A stretch of DNA of 63,939 bases, filler included, from Conidiobolus incongruus B7586 (GCA_000697335.1; 12 parts of 12 records of this genome joined end to end with filler, not necessarily neighbours in it), one strand, 5' to 3'; numbered from the whole stretch's first letter, positions 27,701 through 41,116 are shown. Program-made: numbers and translations. The notes: generated by a model from the letters alone, not told the origin.

Positions 27701-29046
27701 TGACCAGAGATCAAGATGTGATCGGCACGGGCTTTAGCAACACCAGAAGCGACGACACCAACACCGACTTCAGAGACTAACTTGACAGAGACACGAGCTC
27801 TGGGATTGGCAGTCTTAAGATCGTAAATTAATTGCTTAAGATCTTCAATGGAGTAAATATCGTGGTGAGGAGGAGGAGAAATCAAACCAACACCAGGAGT
27901 AGATTTACGGGTCTTAGCGATACCATCAGTGACTTTGTGACCGGGAAGTTCACCACCTTCACCGGGTTTGGCACCTTGAGCCATTTTAATTTGAATTTCA
28001 TCAGAGTCAGAAAGATAGAAACTAGTAACACCGAAACGACCAGAGGCAACCTGCTTAATGGCGGAGCGCAAGTTTTGGCCGTTGATAGGTCCTTGAGAAC
28101 GGATGGGATCTTCACCACCTTCGCCAGTGTTACTCTTACCACCGAGTTGATTCATGGCAGCAGCCAAAGCAGTGTGGGTTTCGTAAGAAATGGAACCATA
28201 ACTCATAGCACCAGTGACGAAACGCTTGACAATATTGGTCCAGGGTTCAACTTCGTCAATGGGAATGGGATTGGCTTTGGAGAAGTCAAAATCAAGGAGA
28301 CCACGAAGGGTACAGTTTTTGACTTGTTCTTGAGCATCCTTGGAGTAGGAAGCATAAGCATTATCATTCTTGGCTCTGACAGCATCTTGAAGTAAAGCAA
28401 TAGCAGAAGGTTCATTCAAGTGCTTTTCACCACCTCTACGCCATTGGTACTCACCAAGTTCGGGAAGGCCATTGACATTGACAGTTTCACGAGAGGGATA
28501 AGCACTTTCGTGGAGTTTAAGTGCATCTTCAGCAAAAGTTTCAATTGTAGCACCCTTGATACGGGAAGCAGTACCAGAGAAAGCCTTGGCAATCAATTCC
28601 TCACCGATACCCAGGGCTTCGAAAATTTGGGCTCCCTTGTAGGATTGAAGGGTGGAAATACCCATCTTGGACATAACCTTGAAGATACCGTTGTTGGCAG
28701 CCTTGATGTATTTCTGAATAAGAACGTCAGGAGTAACATCTTGACCAATCAAATTGTCGCGTTTGAGCTTGAGAATGCTGGAAATAGCGAGACGAGGGCA
28801 GATGGCATCAGCACCATAGCCAATCAAAACACAGAAGTGGTGGACTTCACGAGCTTCACCAGAATCGACCATAAGGGCAATCTTGGAGCGTTGCTTGTTA
28901 GCAATCAAATATTGGTGAACAGCACCAACTGCGATAAGAGAGCTGATAGGAACAAGGAACTTGTTGGCACCTTGATCGGAAAGGATGATGATTTTGACAC
29001 CCTTGCGAATGGCCTTGGTGACTTCATTGCAGATTCTAGTGATAGT
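24706..29046 (-). CDS. GLT1: NADH-dependent glutamate synthase (fused alpha+beta GOGAT), 5' part lost in an assembly gap
   Basis: [90 protein letters not shown]; the frame is open up to the gap. Confidence 0.98.
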   Translation of the reverse strand, partial: TITRICNEVTKAIRKGVKIIILSDQGANKFLVPISSLIAVGAVHQYLIANKQRSKIALMVDSGEAREVHHFCVLIGYGADAICPRLAISSILKLKRDNLIGQDVTPDVLIQKYIKAANNGIFKVMSKMGISTLQSYKGAQIFEALGIGEELIAKAFSGTASRIKGATIETFAEDALKLHESAYPSRETVNVNGLPELGEYQWRRGGEKHLNEPSAIALLQDAVRAKNDNAYASYSKDAQEQVKNCTLRGLLDFDFSKANPIPIDEVEPWTNIVKRFVTGAMSYGSISYETHTALAAAMNQLGGKSNTGEGGEDPIRSQGPINGQNLRSAIKQVASGRFGVTSFYLSDSDEIQIKMAQGAKPGEGGELPGHKVTDGIAKTRKSTPGVGLISPPPHHDIYSIEDLKQLIYDLKTANPRARVSVKLVSEVGVGVVASGVAKARADHILISGHDGGTGASRWTGIKYAGLPWELGLAETHQTLVLNDLRGRVIVQTDGQIKTGRDVVISCLLGAEEWGFATTPLIALGCIMMRKCHLNTCPVGIATQDPELRAKFVGQPEHVINFFYYIAEEARSLMAQLGFRTINEMVGRSDFLKQAIPKDHTKALNLDLTPILTPAFTLRRNVATYCVLKQDHKLHMRMDNKFLSDAEQALEKLVPTNLRGTIVNTDRTLGSTLSYHISRKYGEQGLPEGTINIKLVGSAGQSFGAFLVKGVFLELEGDANDYVGKGLSGGTIAVYPHNKSTFQPEKNVIAGNVCLYGASSGKLFLSGIAAERFAVRNSGAHAVVEGVGDHGCEYMTGGRVVILGTTGRNFAAGMSGGIAYVLWNEKEFSNQVNPEMVDLETINEDEEIEFVKGLIQEHVKYTGSPLGKRILDDFNHYLPQFVKVMPREYRKVLEAQKAAEKRVITPPPEPVKHKVSDSGIQDIEDAPIDALEKRHKVVDKVRGFVKYQRKTDHYRDAKDRTKDWKEINNRLTPAELKVQAARCMDCGIPFCQSNNGCPIGNIIPKWNDLVHKGQWKDALERLQMTNNFPEFTGRVCPAPCEGACVLGINEPPVSIKSIEAAIIDRGFKEGWIVPKPPQSRTGKRVAIVGSGPAGLAAADQLNKAGHTVTVYDRNDRAGGLLMYGIPNMKLDKAVVQRRLDLMKAEGVEFVLNTFIGKDITIEDLKNSNDAVLLATGSTWPRDLNAPGRQLNGIHFAMEYLQKNTQSLLDSGFRDRSYIDPKGKNVLVIGGGDTGCDCIGTSIRHGAATVTNFELLPHPPATRGPSNPWPTYPKVFKVDYGHAEVQAHHARDPREYCILTKEFVDDGNGNVKGVNTVRVNWEQVDGRWVMSEVPGSEEFFKAELIFLSMGFLGPEKEILDGTGIGLSKTNTIATPQGSYKTNVDKVFAVGDCRRGQSLVVWGIEEGRQGAREVDQYLMGNTLLPISGGIIPKTTDTIAQVSAADGAKL

Positions 29047-29146
29047 NNNNNNNNNNNNNNNNNNNNNNNNNNNNNNNNNNNNNNNNNNNNTTAATTAATT
29101 AANNNNNNNNNNNNNNNNNNNNNNNNNNNNNNNNNNNNNNNNNNNN

Positions 29147-29576
29147 CCCCTCTCCACACCATTTACCTATCATTCAAAAATATGTTTGGATCTTTACTTG
29201 TATGTACCATCAATGGACTCTCCTGGTTCATACTCAACAACCACCCGAATTTGACCCTGTCACCAATATGGTTGATTATCACACTTTAAGAGCTATGAAA
29301 GCAGTGAAAAGCATCTATAACATTTCACAATGTAATCCAGAGAGTGGATTATACATGTTTTACCATTATTTATCAGCCATATCATTTTTCTATGTAAAAT
29401 TATATTTAAGCTCTGAGCAAAATGAAGCATTTCGAGATGAAATCTTGGTTGAGTTGAGCAATATCTACAACCTATTTTTAAAATATAAGAGAGACTATTC
29501 TCTTCCTAATGATACTTTAGATGCTTTAAATGAGATATTAAAATTATTAAATCTTAAAATAATTGTTGAGCAATAA
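29147..29576 (+). CDS. C-terminal fragment of an unidentified helical protein (possibly a fungal transcription-factor C-terminus), 5' end in gap
   Basis: Open frame of at least 124 aa starting at or near the gap edge with coding-like composition; no diagnostic motif. Confidence 0.45.
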
Positions 29577-30492
29577 ATAATTTATTTTATTATCCATTTA
29601 GATGAATTTTTTTGAGGTGTTAATATTAAGTTTTAATTAATATTTACTAAAATTCATTAGTATTTTTAATTGTATGATAGCTACCTAGATAGTAAATTGC
29701 CTAATCAACTTCATCTCGCAAGCTAATCCCTTATGAAGTTACAGCCCCTTCTTTTGTCTCGAACCGCTTCAATGGTTTCACCTTCTAGTGACTCACTATA
29801 TCTCGAACACAACCAACCAAAAATGGATCTATAAAAGAAATTATTTTGGAATCTCCTTTATCACACTCGATCTTGCATCAAGATCTTAATATTAAGTCAA
29901 ACTCCCAATAAGACTTATAAACTACCATTACCACCTACCACCTAAACATATTTGTTTCGCCTTCATTTTTCTAACAACTCCTTCAACCATTATGTACAAT
30001 ATTTTGATAAATATTGTTTCATTTCATATTAAATATTTTGATAAAAAATCAATTGAATAATCTTTTCAAATATCTAGTAAAATTATTAATCAATTATTAT
30101 TTAAAAGTTTATGATAATTTGTTTTATATTAATTGAAATCTTATTGAAGAATACTTCATTTTTTTAAACAAATTTTATTTAAAAATGAAAATTATTAAAT
30201 ATATAAATCTAATTGATAAAATGAGATTCTTCTTTTATGATTATTTACATTACAAAATCATATTTCTTTAATTTTGTATTATATTCAAAATTAATTATTT
30301 TTATATTAAAATATGAAAATTTATATATTTTGATAACAATTATTAATTCTAATAAATGTGCAATATAAATCAGAAAAAATTTTATATTGAAAAAAGATGA
30401 CGTCAACATAATTTATGTTCACATTTTTATCTCAATATCAGGGTGATTTTTCTACTAATTAATTTCTAATAAAAATAATGACCTTAACACAT

Positions 30493-30767
30493 TGTTAGGC
30501 TTGCAAATATAAGATATGAACATTATTACTAATCATACAATTGATGTATAGTTCTGATTAATTCATTCCATTCTATATTTCAATAACATATACACCTAGC
30601 TACTCAATATAGTAAAGGATATAGTTACTGATTACAAATCAATTGTTACTCCTTGTTAGCCTCAATTCAGTATAAATATCATTCTTACTATTCACTTAAT
30701 AAACAAGACCAGATTTAGCCAAATCCTTATAAATCACTTTACTAATCCTATAACCTCAATTCTAACA
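30493..30767 (+). mobile_element. Solo LTR (275 bp)
   Basis: TGTTAG...CTAACA termini, perfect 4-bp TSD ACAT on both sides, internal TATAAATA (~30672) and AATAAA (~30698). Confidence 0.8.
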
Positions 30768-31356
30768 ACATAATAAATTAATACAAAATTGCATTAAATT
30801 TTTAATATGAGTTAATATTGATACTTTATAAATTGATAATATTGCTATTAAGAAATTTCTGAGTTTATCAAATTTATTTAATTTTATAAATTTTATCTTA
30901 TTTGAAATAACTATAGGATGAAATTCATATGTTATGTCTATTTAAAAAAGTAATGATATTGAATTTATTTAAAATTTAAATATTACTTAATTTTCTTGAA
31001 TATTATTCTTTGTTAATTTTATTTATATATTTATATTATTTATTTCATTTTAATAATAAAGTTTAATTGTTAATATATTTTTAAAAATTAATTAAAATTT
31101 TAATCTTTATCAAAAATATTATATATAATAGTTAAAATTCTCTGAATTCAATATATATTATAAATTGTATAAAAATTAAATTTTAAAAATTTTTAAGTAT
31201 ATTATATTTTTTAAATTAAATTTTATTATTAATTTAAATTGAATATTATCAGCTTAAAAATTTGTAATATTTTTAATTTCTTAATTTTTAATTTTAAAAA
31301 TAAATTATATACAAAAATTTTTAAGGTTTTTATTTTTTTATTAAATAAAAAATATA

Positions 31357-31600
31357 CACTATCTCACAAAAATAGGTGATAAAATTTAAATTACATATAT
31401 ATTTACTTATAACTTAAATAATTCTTAATTAAATTAGCTTAAATTAAAATATATAACTTAATTATATTGTTTGATTATAACTAAATAAATTTGATTATAT
31501 TTTATTAAATATGGGTAAATATATTAAAATTTAAAATTTATCTAAGATAAATTATAAATTTATAAGTTTATTAATTAAAAAGATATAAATAACAAAACAT
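31357..31600 (+). mobile_element. Left arm of a Tc1 element (subfamily 2), interrupted at a (TA)n run by another Tc1
   Basis: TA|CACT.. terminus; colinear with 33341-33585. Confidence 0.7.
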
Positions 31601-31619
31601 ATATATATATATATATATA

Positions 31620-33150
31620 CACTGACTTGCAAAAGTGAGTCATAAAATCAAAAATATATATATTTTAATTAATAACTAAAACAATTATATATATTAGATT
31701 ACTTGAAACTATAATATATAATTAAGGTATATTATTTAATAATAGATAAATATATTTAGATATATTTAGTAAACTATTAGCAAAAATATTAACCCTTAAT
31801 ATTTAACCAAGGTGAGTCATAAATTTACAGGTTTTTGAGATAAAGGGATATATTTAACAATATATAACCATATCTTTTTTCTCTCTTTGCTATTATTTTA
31901 TATAATATTTTACAGATATACTAAATTTTTTTTATTAGTATTATTATGCTTAAATCTCTCTCTAAAAAAATCCACTTGTACATCAATCAACTTTATAAAG
32001 AAGGTAAATCAACTCATAATATTATTAGAATTACTAGTGTTAGCTAGTCTACTATAGCTAAAGCTGTTAAGAATAGCAATAAAAAAACATTTAAACCTAA
32101 ACTTAAGTGTGCTAAGATCATAGATAAACATGATGAGAAGTATATCTGTAGGTTAGTTAGTATAGGCAAGTGTGGTACTGCTGTAGAAATATAGCAGGAA
32201 TTGTGAGACTATACAAGAATATTAGTTAGCACTGATACTATTATATATACTTTATATTAACATAGATACCACTCACACCTTAAGAAAAAACACCCCTAAT
32301 TAAAGAAATCCTATCATAAAGCTAGGTGGGAGTTTAAATGTCACTATTAATGTTGAACCAAAACTAATTAGAGTAAGGTTATTTAATCTAATGAAATAAA
32401 AATATACTTTAGTGGATTTGATAGAAAAGCTAGATACTTTAAAAAAGATACAGAACTACTTTATAACTATCATGTTAATTCTACCCAAAAGTATAATGGT
32501 GGGTCAATTATTGTTTAGGGATGTATATTATCTTCAAGTGTAGGGTATCTTTATAAAGTTAATGGGGGAATTAATGCTAAGATGTACTAAAGTATTCTGA
32601 ACAATAAATTAAAAAAAACCATTGAATAATATGGGTTAAACAAATCTAATATTATTTTCTAGTAAGATAATGCCTCTTGTTATACTATAGCTTCTACTAC
32701 CAAATAGCTTAAAAATAACAAGATAACAGTTATGAAGTAGCTTCCTCAATTTCCTAACCTTAATCTAATTTAACACCTTTAGGATTAGTTAAAAAAAGCT
32801 ATTAAAGCTTTCCCCCTAGCAAAAAATTTAGATCAACTTTAGGAATATGTTCAAGAAGCATAGAACAAGATTAACCCTTCCTAGTGTAAGAAGTTAGTTG
32901 ATTCTATACCCCACAAACTTAAAGAAGTTAGAAAAGCTAAAGGTGGATACACTAGGTTTTAATTTTTTTTTATCACCAAAAACCTGCAAATTTATAACTC
33001 ATCTTAGGTAAAATTTAAAGGTTTATATTTTAACCAATTAATAGCTAAATATCATCATTTAATGATATATATGACTAATAAATATAATAGATTTTAATTA
33101 TTTAATTAAGGTTTATTTTATTAAATATTAATCAAGTTATTAGTAATAAT
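31620..33150 (+). mobile_element. Tc1-like DD34E transposon (subfamily 1), dead transposase ~31946-32972, right TIR lost in gap
   Basis: TA|CACTGACTTGCAAAAGTGAGTCATAAAATC terminus; relic motifs I*SNEIK (WSDE), DNASCYT, K*LPQFPNLNLI*HL*D (WPPQSPDLNPIEHLWD), KGGYTRF; 34 codons between the second D and the E position. Confidence 0.92.
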
Positions 33151-33250
33151 NNNNNNNNNNNNNNNNNNNNNNNNNNNNNNNNNNNNNNNNNNNNTTAATT
33201 AATTAANNNNNNNNNNNNNNNNNNNNNNNNNNNNNNNNNNNNNNNNNNNN

Positions 33251-33340
33251 TTGTTTAGTTTAAATATAATTAAATTTAAGTATAAATTTTTAAATCAAAA
33301 TATTTTAATAAAAAAATAATTAAAATTAACTATATAAATA
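33251..33340. mobile_element. Fragment of a mariner-family terminal repeat, cut by the Tc1 at 33341
   Basis: Reverse complement of ~40081-40164. Confidence 0.65.
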
Positions 33341-34908
33341 TATTAACCTATAAAAATAAGTTATAAATTTAAAATTACTTATATATTCACTTATATCTTA
33401 AATAATTCTTAATTAAATAAATTTAAATTAAAATATATAATTTACCTATATTAGTTAATTATAATTAAGTATATTTGATTATATTTTATTAACTATTAGT
33501 TGATATATTAAAACTTAAAATTTAACTAAGGTGAGTTATAAATTTATAAGTTTATATATTAAAAAGATATAAATAACAAAACTTATATACCTTTTTTTTC
33601 TTTTGTTATATTATATATATTATAAAACTATTAAGTTAATATTTTAAAATTAATATTATAATGTTTAAATCTCTCTCTAAAAAAGTTTACTTATATATTA
33701 ATTAACTTCATAATAAAAATAAATCAACTTATGAGATTTCTAGAATTATTAGTGTTAGCTAATCTATTATAATTAGGGTTATTAATAATAATATTAAAAA
33801 AACACCTAAACTAAAACTTAAGTGTATTAAAATTATAGATAAATATAATAAAAAGTATATTTATAGATTAAATAGTATAGGTAAGTATAATACTACTGTA
33901 AAAGTACAACAAGAATTATAAAACTATATAAAAATATTAGTTAGTACTAATACTATTATATATACTTTATATTAGAATAGATATTATTTATACTTTAAGA
34001 AAAAACACCCCCAACTAAAAAAGTCCTACTGTAAAACTAAACAAAAGTTTAAATGTTAACACTAAAGTTAAATTAAAACTAATTAGAGTAAAGTTATTTA
34101 ATTTAATAAAATAAAGATATATTTTAATAAATCTAATCAAAAAGCTAGATATTTCAAAAAAGATAAAGAATTACTTTAGAACTATTATATTAATACAACC
34201 CAAAAATATAATAATAAGTTAATTATAGTTTAGGGATATATATTATCTTCAGGTATAAAATATCTTTGTAAGGTTAATAGGGGAATTAATACTGAAATAT
34301 ACTAAAGTATTCTAAATATTAAATTGAAAAAAACTATTGAGTGGTATAAATTAAAAAAATCAAATATTATTTTCTAACAAGATAATACACCTTGTTATAC
34401 TATAAATTCTACTATTAAATAGCTTAAAAATAATAAAATAACTATTATGAAATAACTTTCTTAATCTTTTAATTTTAACCTAATTAAATATTTTTAAGAT
34501 CAACTAAAAAAATCAATTAAAACTTTCCCCCTAGCAAAAAAATTTAGATTAACTTTAAGAGTATATTTAAGAAGCTTAAAATAATATTAGTTTTGTTTAA
34601 TATAAAAAACTAGTTGACTTTATACCTTACAAACTTAAAGAAGTTAGAAAAGCAAAAGATAAATATACTAGATATTAATTTTTCTATCAATACTAAAACC
34701 CACAAATTTATAACTTATCTTAAGTATACTTTTAGTATTAATATATCAATTAATATTTAATTAAATTTAACTATATATATTATATTACAAATAAAAAATA
34801 TATATTAATTATATAGTTTAATATAAGTTTATTTAAATTAGTATTAATTAAGATATTAATAGAAATATATATATTTTTAATTTTATAACTTACTTTTATA
34901 AGCTAGTG
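33341..34908 (+). mobile_element. Full-length, heavily mutated Tc1 DD34E element (subfamily 2)
   Basis: TA-flanked TIRs (TATTAACCTATAAAAATAAG...CTTACTTTTATAAGCTAGTG); transposase region colinear with the 31620 copy. Confidence 0.88.
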
Positions 34909-35575
34909 TATATTATCTTCTAGTATAAGATATCTTTATAAAGTTAATAAGGGAATTAATATTGAGATATACTAAAATATTCTAAAAAATAAATTACAAA
35001 AAAACTATCAAATAGTATTGATTAAATAAATCAGATGTTATTTTTTAATAAGATAATACCTTTTGCTATACTATTATTTCTATTACCAAATGGTTTAAAA
35101 ATAATAAAATAATAGTTATGTAGTAACATCTTTAATCTTTTAACTTTAATCAAATTGACTACTTTTGGGATTAGTAAAAAAAATAATTAAAGCTTTTCTA
35201 TCAATAAAAAATTTAAATAAGCTTTAAAAATATATTTAAGAAACTCAAAACAAAATTAATCTTTCTTAATATAAGAAATTAATTGACTCTATACCTTATA
35301 AACTTAAAGAAATTAAGAAGCAAAAATAGATATATTAAGTTTTAATTTTCTTTCTATAACTAAAATACACAAATTTATAACTCACCTTAGGTAAAATTTA
35401 AATATTAATATATCAACTAAAAGTTATTATAATTAGATCAAATATACTTAATTATAAATAAATAATATAAGTTTATTATATGTTTTAATTTAAATTAATT
35501 TGATTAAGAATTAACAGAGTTATTAATAATAATATATATAATAATAATTTTATAACTTACTTTTATAAGCTAGTG
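34909..35575 (+). mobile_element. 3' half of another Tc1 copy with right TIR
   Basis: Begins mid-transposase at the TA next to the preceding TIR; ends ...TTTTATAAGCTAGTG|TA. Confidence 0.85.
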
Positions 35576-35846
35576 TATATTTAATATTATATAAATAAAT
35601 TATAAAATATAAAAAATATTAAAAATTAAAAAATTATATTAATAAAATAATTATTAAAATATAATAAATTGATATATATATTAAAAATTTAATAAAATTA
35701 AATAAAAATCAAGTGATATAGATTTTAATATATAATTAATTATAAANNNNNNNNNNNNNNNNNNNNNNNNNNNNNNNNNNNNNNNNNNNNTTAATTAATT
35801 AANNNNNNNNNNNNNNNNNNNNNNNNNNNNNNNNNNNNNNNNNNNN

Positions 35847-36095
35847 GTTATATATTGTTAAATATATTCTTTTATCTTAAAAACCCACAAATTTATAACT
35901 TATTTTAGTTAAATATTAAAGGTTAATATTTTTGCTAATAATATACTAAATATATTTAAATATATTTATTTATTATCAAATAATATATTTTAATTATATA
36001 TTATAGTTTTTAATAATCTAGTATATATAATTATTTTAATTATTAATTAAAATATATATATTTTTGATTTTATAACTCATTTTTATAGGTTAGTG
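35847..36095 (-). mobile_element. Left end of an inverted Tc1 (subfamily 1), remainder in gap
   Basis: Reverse complement of ~31620-31870. Confidence 0.85.
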
Positions 36096-36447
36096 AATAT
36101 TTTAAATAATATCATTTTGATTATAAAATAGTGAATATAGTTATAAATGGTATATTTAAATAAAATATCATTTTTATAAACTGTTTAATAATCTTAAATA
36201 ATTTTAAAACATTTAAGGTTAAATTTTAGTAATATTAAAATAAAAACTTTTGACAATTATTACCTAATTTAAGTATAATTAAATTTAACCTTAAATTTTA
36301 AATTAAAAATACTATAATAAAAAATATATATATTTTAAAAATATTAATTCTCTTATATATATTATTTATATATTAAATTTCTCAAAATCAGTAATATATT
36401 TGAAAAATCTGAAATTACAAAATTTGCCATTTCTTTCTAGAGTAATA
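36096..36447 (-). mobile_element. 5' end of an inverted mariner element
   Basis: Reverse complement of ~39960-40330 (e.g. AATTTGCCATTTCTT vs AAGAAATGGCAAATT). Confidence 0.75.
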
Positions 36448-36874
36448 TTTTAATAATTATGTGATAAAAATTGAGATTAAAAAACTAGTACAAAAATTTA
36501 ATTTATTTGAAAATAATAATCCTAATTTTCAAATTGATAGTTTGTTATATTTTCCTGAATTCTGAGTGTAAAAAATAATTTTGATTATATTAAAGCTACA
36601 GATCTAATATCAATAATAAAAGATTCCTCAAAATTTATTTGGATTGAAAATTTATTGAGGTATTTTTTGAAAATTATTAGAATAACTCAACCATAGAATG
36701 GTTTTAATTTTTGTTTGATGATTCATAACTGAAATTTGAACCATTAAATCGAAACATATTAGTATTGAATGAAAAAAAAATCAGGTTATTATAATAAAAG
36801 GCAATGGATGGTTTTTAAGAATGGTAAAATAAAGAAGGTAGTTTATTTTGCTATTGGATTATAGTCTAGTCAAT

Positions 36875-37675
36875 TTAAATGTTTAAAGATTTGCCAACAA
36901 TCTAATATTGTTTAATTAAGATGAGTTATAAATTTTTGAGTATATTAACTTACTTCAATCCAATAATTATCAGGATCAGCAATGAAAGCAATATCCTTCA
37001 TAGTACCTAGAAACCATGAATTAATAAAATTGTCTGATTTGGAAAAATCAATAAGATTACCATCTTCAAGGCGTTTGATATAGTTGACGTTTAAACGATC
37101 AAATCTTTCACAAGCTTTTTCAATATTATCAACAGAGATACAGATATGGCCGAAACTATGGTATGATAAATATAAAATTATGGTATATTAAATAGCAAAT
37201 TAATTACCCTTTGGGTTCTTTGTTACCGTTGTGGTAAGCAAAATCTTCTTGATTTTCAGTGCCCCAATTGCTATAAAGAGAATAATTAGAAAAAATTAAA
37301 AATATGTTATAAATACTTACTGAGTTAATTCTAAGACACCAGGACGAGAAAAAGCTAATTTTCTTCTCTCTTCAGGACTTTCAGGTACAGGTCCATCAAG
37401 ATGAGCCAAAAAGTACAAGCTAAATTTACCAGCTTCCATATCAATTTGATGAATCAATCTATAAGAATTTGAATTAATATTGTATTGCTGTTAATGTAAA
37501 ACGAAAGTTTTACTTGAAGCCTAATACTTCAGTGTAAAATTTAATCGAAGCTTGAGGATCTTTAACCCTAAGCATAGTGTGATTCTAAAGTCAATTTATA
37601 TTCAGCTGATCAGATATTCCAATTATTGAAAATATAAAAACTTACAAATACATAGCCAGCAGTTTCAGAGCTCAT
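36875..37675 (-). CDS. GLO1: Lactoylglutathione lyase (glyoxalase I), single-domain, 7 exons; absent from the ORF track
   Basis: Spliced: [51 protein letters not shown]...[40 protein letters not shown]...[29 protein letters not shown]; all introns GT-AG. Confidence 0.95.
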
Positions 37676-38724
37676 TTTTTCTACTTAAATTTAAATGATC
37701 ATAATTAGTATTGTATTAACAAACTTTCAATATTTAATTTGATAATGTTTAAGTACAACATTATTTAAGAATAAATCAATAGGGATCAATCAATACCTTT
37801 TGAATAAAATTTTTATATATAATATTTCAAAAAAATACTATAGAATTTGATTGCTTACTTTCCACAGTTAATAAATTAATTCAACAAATTCAAAATTTTT
37901 TTGCTTTTCATGCTCTTATATTCGAATCTGATATCATTAAAATTTCGTCATCTATCTTTCACAATGATTTCATTTTTTTCAATAAATTCTCATATATTTG
38001 GAACTTGATTACAAATTTGGAATTCATTTAAATTATTATTCCCTCCACAGATAACACACTTAATTTCTTTAAGATTTCGTCACCTAATTGTTAATTATTT
38101 TGACTCAAACTAAGTTACAATTATCGAATAAAATTTAGTTTAATTTTATTTAAATTATAACAATAACAATATATTATATATTACTAGTTTGATAATCTTC
38201 AATTTTATCAATTCATAAATATTATAATTATATTTGAAATTTCATTATTGAATAAAATCATCAATTAATTCTAGCATATTAAATTATTCTGAACATAAAT
38301 TTTTTGGCGTATATTTAAATCAAGTTTTATTAGTAAATGATTTTATTTCGATATATAACAAATCAGCAATATATTATATACATTATAAATCATACAACTA
38401 AAGAAAATGCTACATTGATATTTTTATATAATTTATATTAGTAAATGTTTTATAATTTATGAAATAAATCTAAGATTTGAGAATGTAATCAAATAAGGAA
38501 TGAAATTTTTTGATAGTATTAATTAAAATGATATAAACCCATATATTTATTTTCAATAATGATAGTATACAACCTATTTAATAACTTGACACAGTGAATT
38601 GTTTTAGTTTATACAAATATTCAACATATGTTAATAAATATCATATGATTTTAATCATAATTTGTAACAGATAAAATTTATTAATCAATCTTAACATTAA
38701 TACTAAAAAATAATTTAATCATAT

Positions 38725-39058
38725 TGACACGAGTCAGGTGACTCTCCTCCCACGTAATATGCTTACTTCAACTGAATATAAGGGTCATTCCCCCCTCACG
38801 TGACCAACCACTTCAACTCTATCCTTTAATCAGCTAATGATACAACCCTCCAGAAAACTACAGAAACCTACTACTCTATGCACTATATATAGAACCCAGA
38901 AAACAGAGCTATTCTACACAGAAAGAGTTCGATCAGGGTCCTCCCAGCTATTTGGCTTAAACCAATAAACCCCCTATTCCCTAACCTTTACCTGGAATTC
39001 CTTAGATCTCTCTCTTTTGCTTATACTATTCCGGACACGGTTTTCCCAAGACGTGTTA
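38725..39058 (+). mobile_element. Solo LTR (~334 bp)
   Basis: TGACACGAG...CGTGTTA termini, 4-bp TSD ATAT/ATAT, TATA and AATAAA inside; homologous to 53332-53661. Confidence 0.82.
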
Positions 39059-39954
39059 ATATGAAATAATTCAACTAATCTACAAGTTTTTTATAAATTA
39101 TTAACCATTTGTGTAATATATGTATATATTTTTTCAAATTTTTTAAAATAAATTCTAAAATATTGGTAACTAGATTCAAAGATCTTTAAACTATATAAAT
39201 CAAAGCTAAGATATAACAAATATTAAGGTATATTAAAAAGTCATCTAATATATTTTTATTTATCACAAAATATATATCGAATAAAATTTCCCGGATTAAC
39301 GAAGTGAATTAAACAAAGGGCTTTATAAACCAAAAATGAGTTAATTTAAATATTTGTTCAGTTATTGGTATCATAAGTTATAATACCAAATGTCTGTTTT
39401 GATAATACTGTCCAGCCAAAAAGGCTGAATTTATTAAAATCAAAAATAAATCTATTATATTATACTGATAATATAAATAAATTTTACTAGTTATATCATT
39501 TTGTTATTTTCAGATTGAGTATAAATTTTAAAATTTACTATTATTAACCGATACACTAAATTAGGTTAATTTATACAAATCAAAATGAATATATAATTTT
39601 ATTAAATAAATTAACAAAAATATTTATAATTTAAAAATATAAATATATCAAAACATACTTCAAATAATATTTTTAACTTAAAATTTTTATTATTCATATT
39701 TATTATTCTAAATGGATTCGTTTTTAAAATATTTATATTTAATAAACAAATTATTAAAAGTTTAATATTATATAAATATTAAATTATTTTCTAGTTATTA
39801 AAGTATTTATATATATTATATAGTATTAATTATATATAAATAATTTTAAATATATTTGTAAATTTTTTAAAATAATTAAAATTGTTTGTAAATAATTAGT
39901 AAGACAGAAAATATAATTTTTATAAAATAAATAAAATTTATCTTAAAATGATTT

Positions 39955-41015
39955 TATTAGTAAAGAAATTAAGAAATGGCAAATTTTTTAATTTCTGATC
40001 TTTCAAACATTTTACATATTTTGAAAGATTTTATATATATATAATATATAGGAAAATAAATATTTTCAAACTATATATATATATATTCAATTTTAATTAT
40101 TATTTTATTAAAATATTTTGATTTTAAAGTTTATATTTATATTTAATTATATTTAAACTAAATTATAATTATCAAAAGAGTTTTATTTTTGTATTTTTAA
40201 AACTTAACCATAAACCCTTTAAAGTCATTTAAAACTAGTAAACAGCTTATAGAGATGGTGCTTTATCTAAAACTACTATATATCACTATATTTGTGATTT
40301 TAAAGTTAGAAAGGACATTATTTAAAATTTATTAAAATTTAAAAGATTAATTTATATTGCTATTCTTTTACTTATTAATAAAATAAAGAAATATATTAAG
40401 AAATATCTTTTTATTTTTGTTAAAGAATTATCAAAGTAATTTAATATTAATTATATAAGTATGTTATATTTACTTAAGTTTAAACTTAAATTAATCAATA
40501 AAAATATAAAATAGATATCTTATAATTTAATAAAAACCTAAAAAAAAATTAAAATATATTTAAAAACAAAGGTTTTTATAGTGAATACTTATAATTGATG
40601 AATTTTTGATTTTTTTATATAATCTTTTATGTAAAAATAAAAGAAGATGTTAGGTTAAGTTAAATTAATTCTCTTTATAAATTCCAATAAATAAATATTT
40701 TAAATATAAGCAAATGTTAATTATTATAATGGATTATAATAATATATAGTTTTTTTATTTAATACCTTAAAAAAATCAATTAATAGTAAATTATATATTA
40801 TCTTTTTAAATAAAATAATTTCTAAATGATATTCTTAATATAAATTAAAAATATCTATTATTTTATAAAATAATTATAAAATATATATAATTAAAGCTAT
40901 AAAAGATTTTTTATATAAAAAAAATAGAGGGAGTTATTAAATCTAGTATATTAACCTTATTATAACCCATATTATTATAATTATTTTGAATAATTAAAAA
41001 AATAGCTTATAAGAA
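39955..41015 (+). mobile_element. Mutated mariner element, 3' end in gap
   Basis: Colinear with 43368-44450, including the DE and DN..H regions. Confidence 0.8.
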
Positions 41016-41116
41016 ANNNNNNNNNNNNNNNNNNNNNNNNNNNNNNNNNNNNNNNNNNNNTTAATTAATTAANNNNNNNNNNNNNNNNNNNNNNNNNNNN
41101 NNNNNNNNNNNNNNNN

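Noticed and set aside
24808..29094. Long plus-strand ORFs antisense to GLT1
   Set aside because: Shadow ORFs produced by codon bias of the real minus-strand gene
29047..29146. TTAATTAATTAA palindrome embedded in each 100-nt N gap (recurs at every gap through 62894)
   Set aside because: Artificial six-frame-stop scaffolding spacer, identical in every gap; not biological and not a CRISPR-like repeat
29690..30000. C-rich, GC-elevated patch after the partial gene
   Set aside because: Possible TE relic, but no ORF, termini or homologous copy seen
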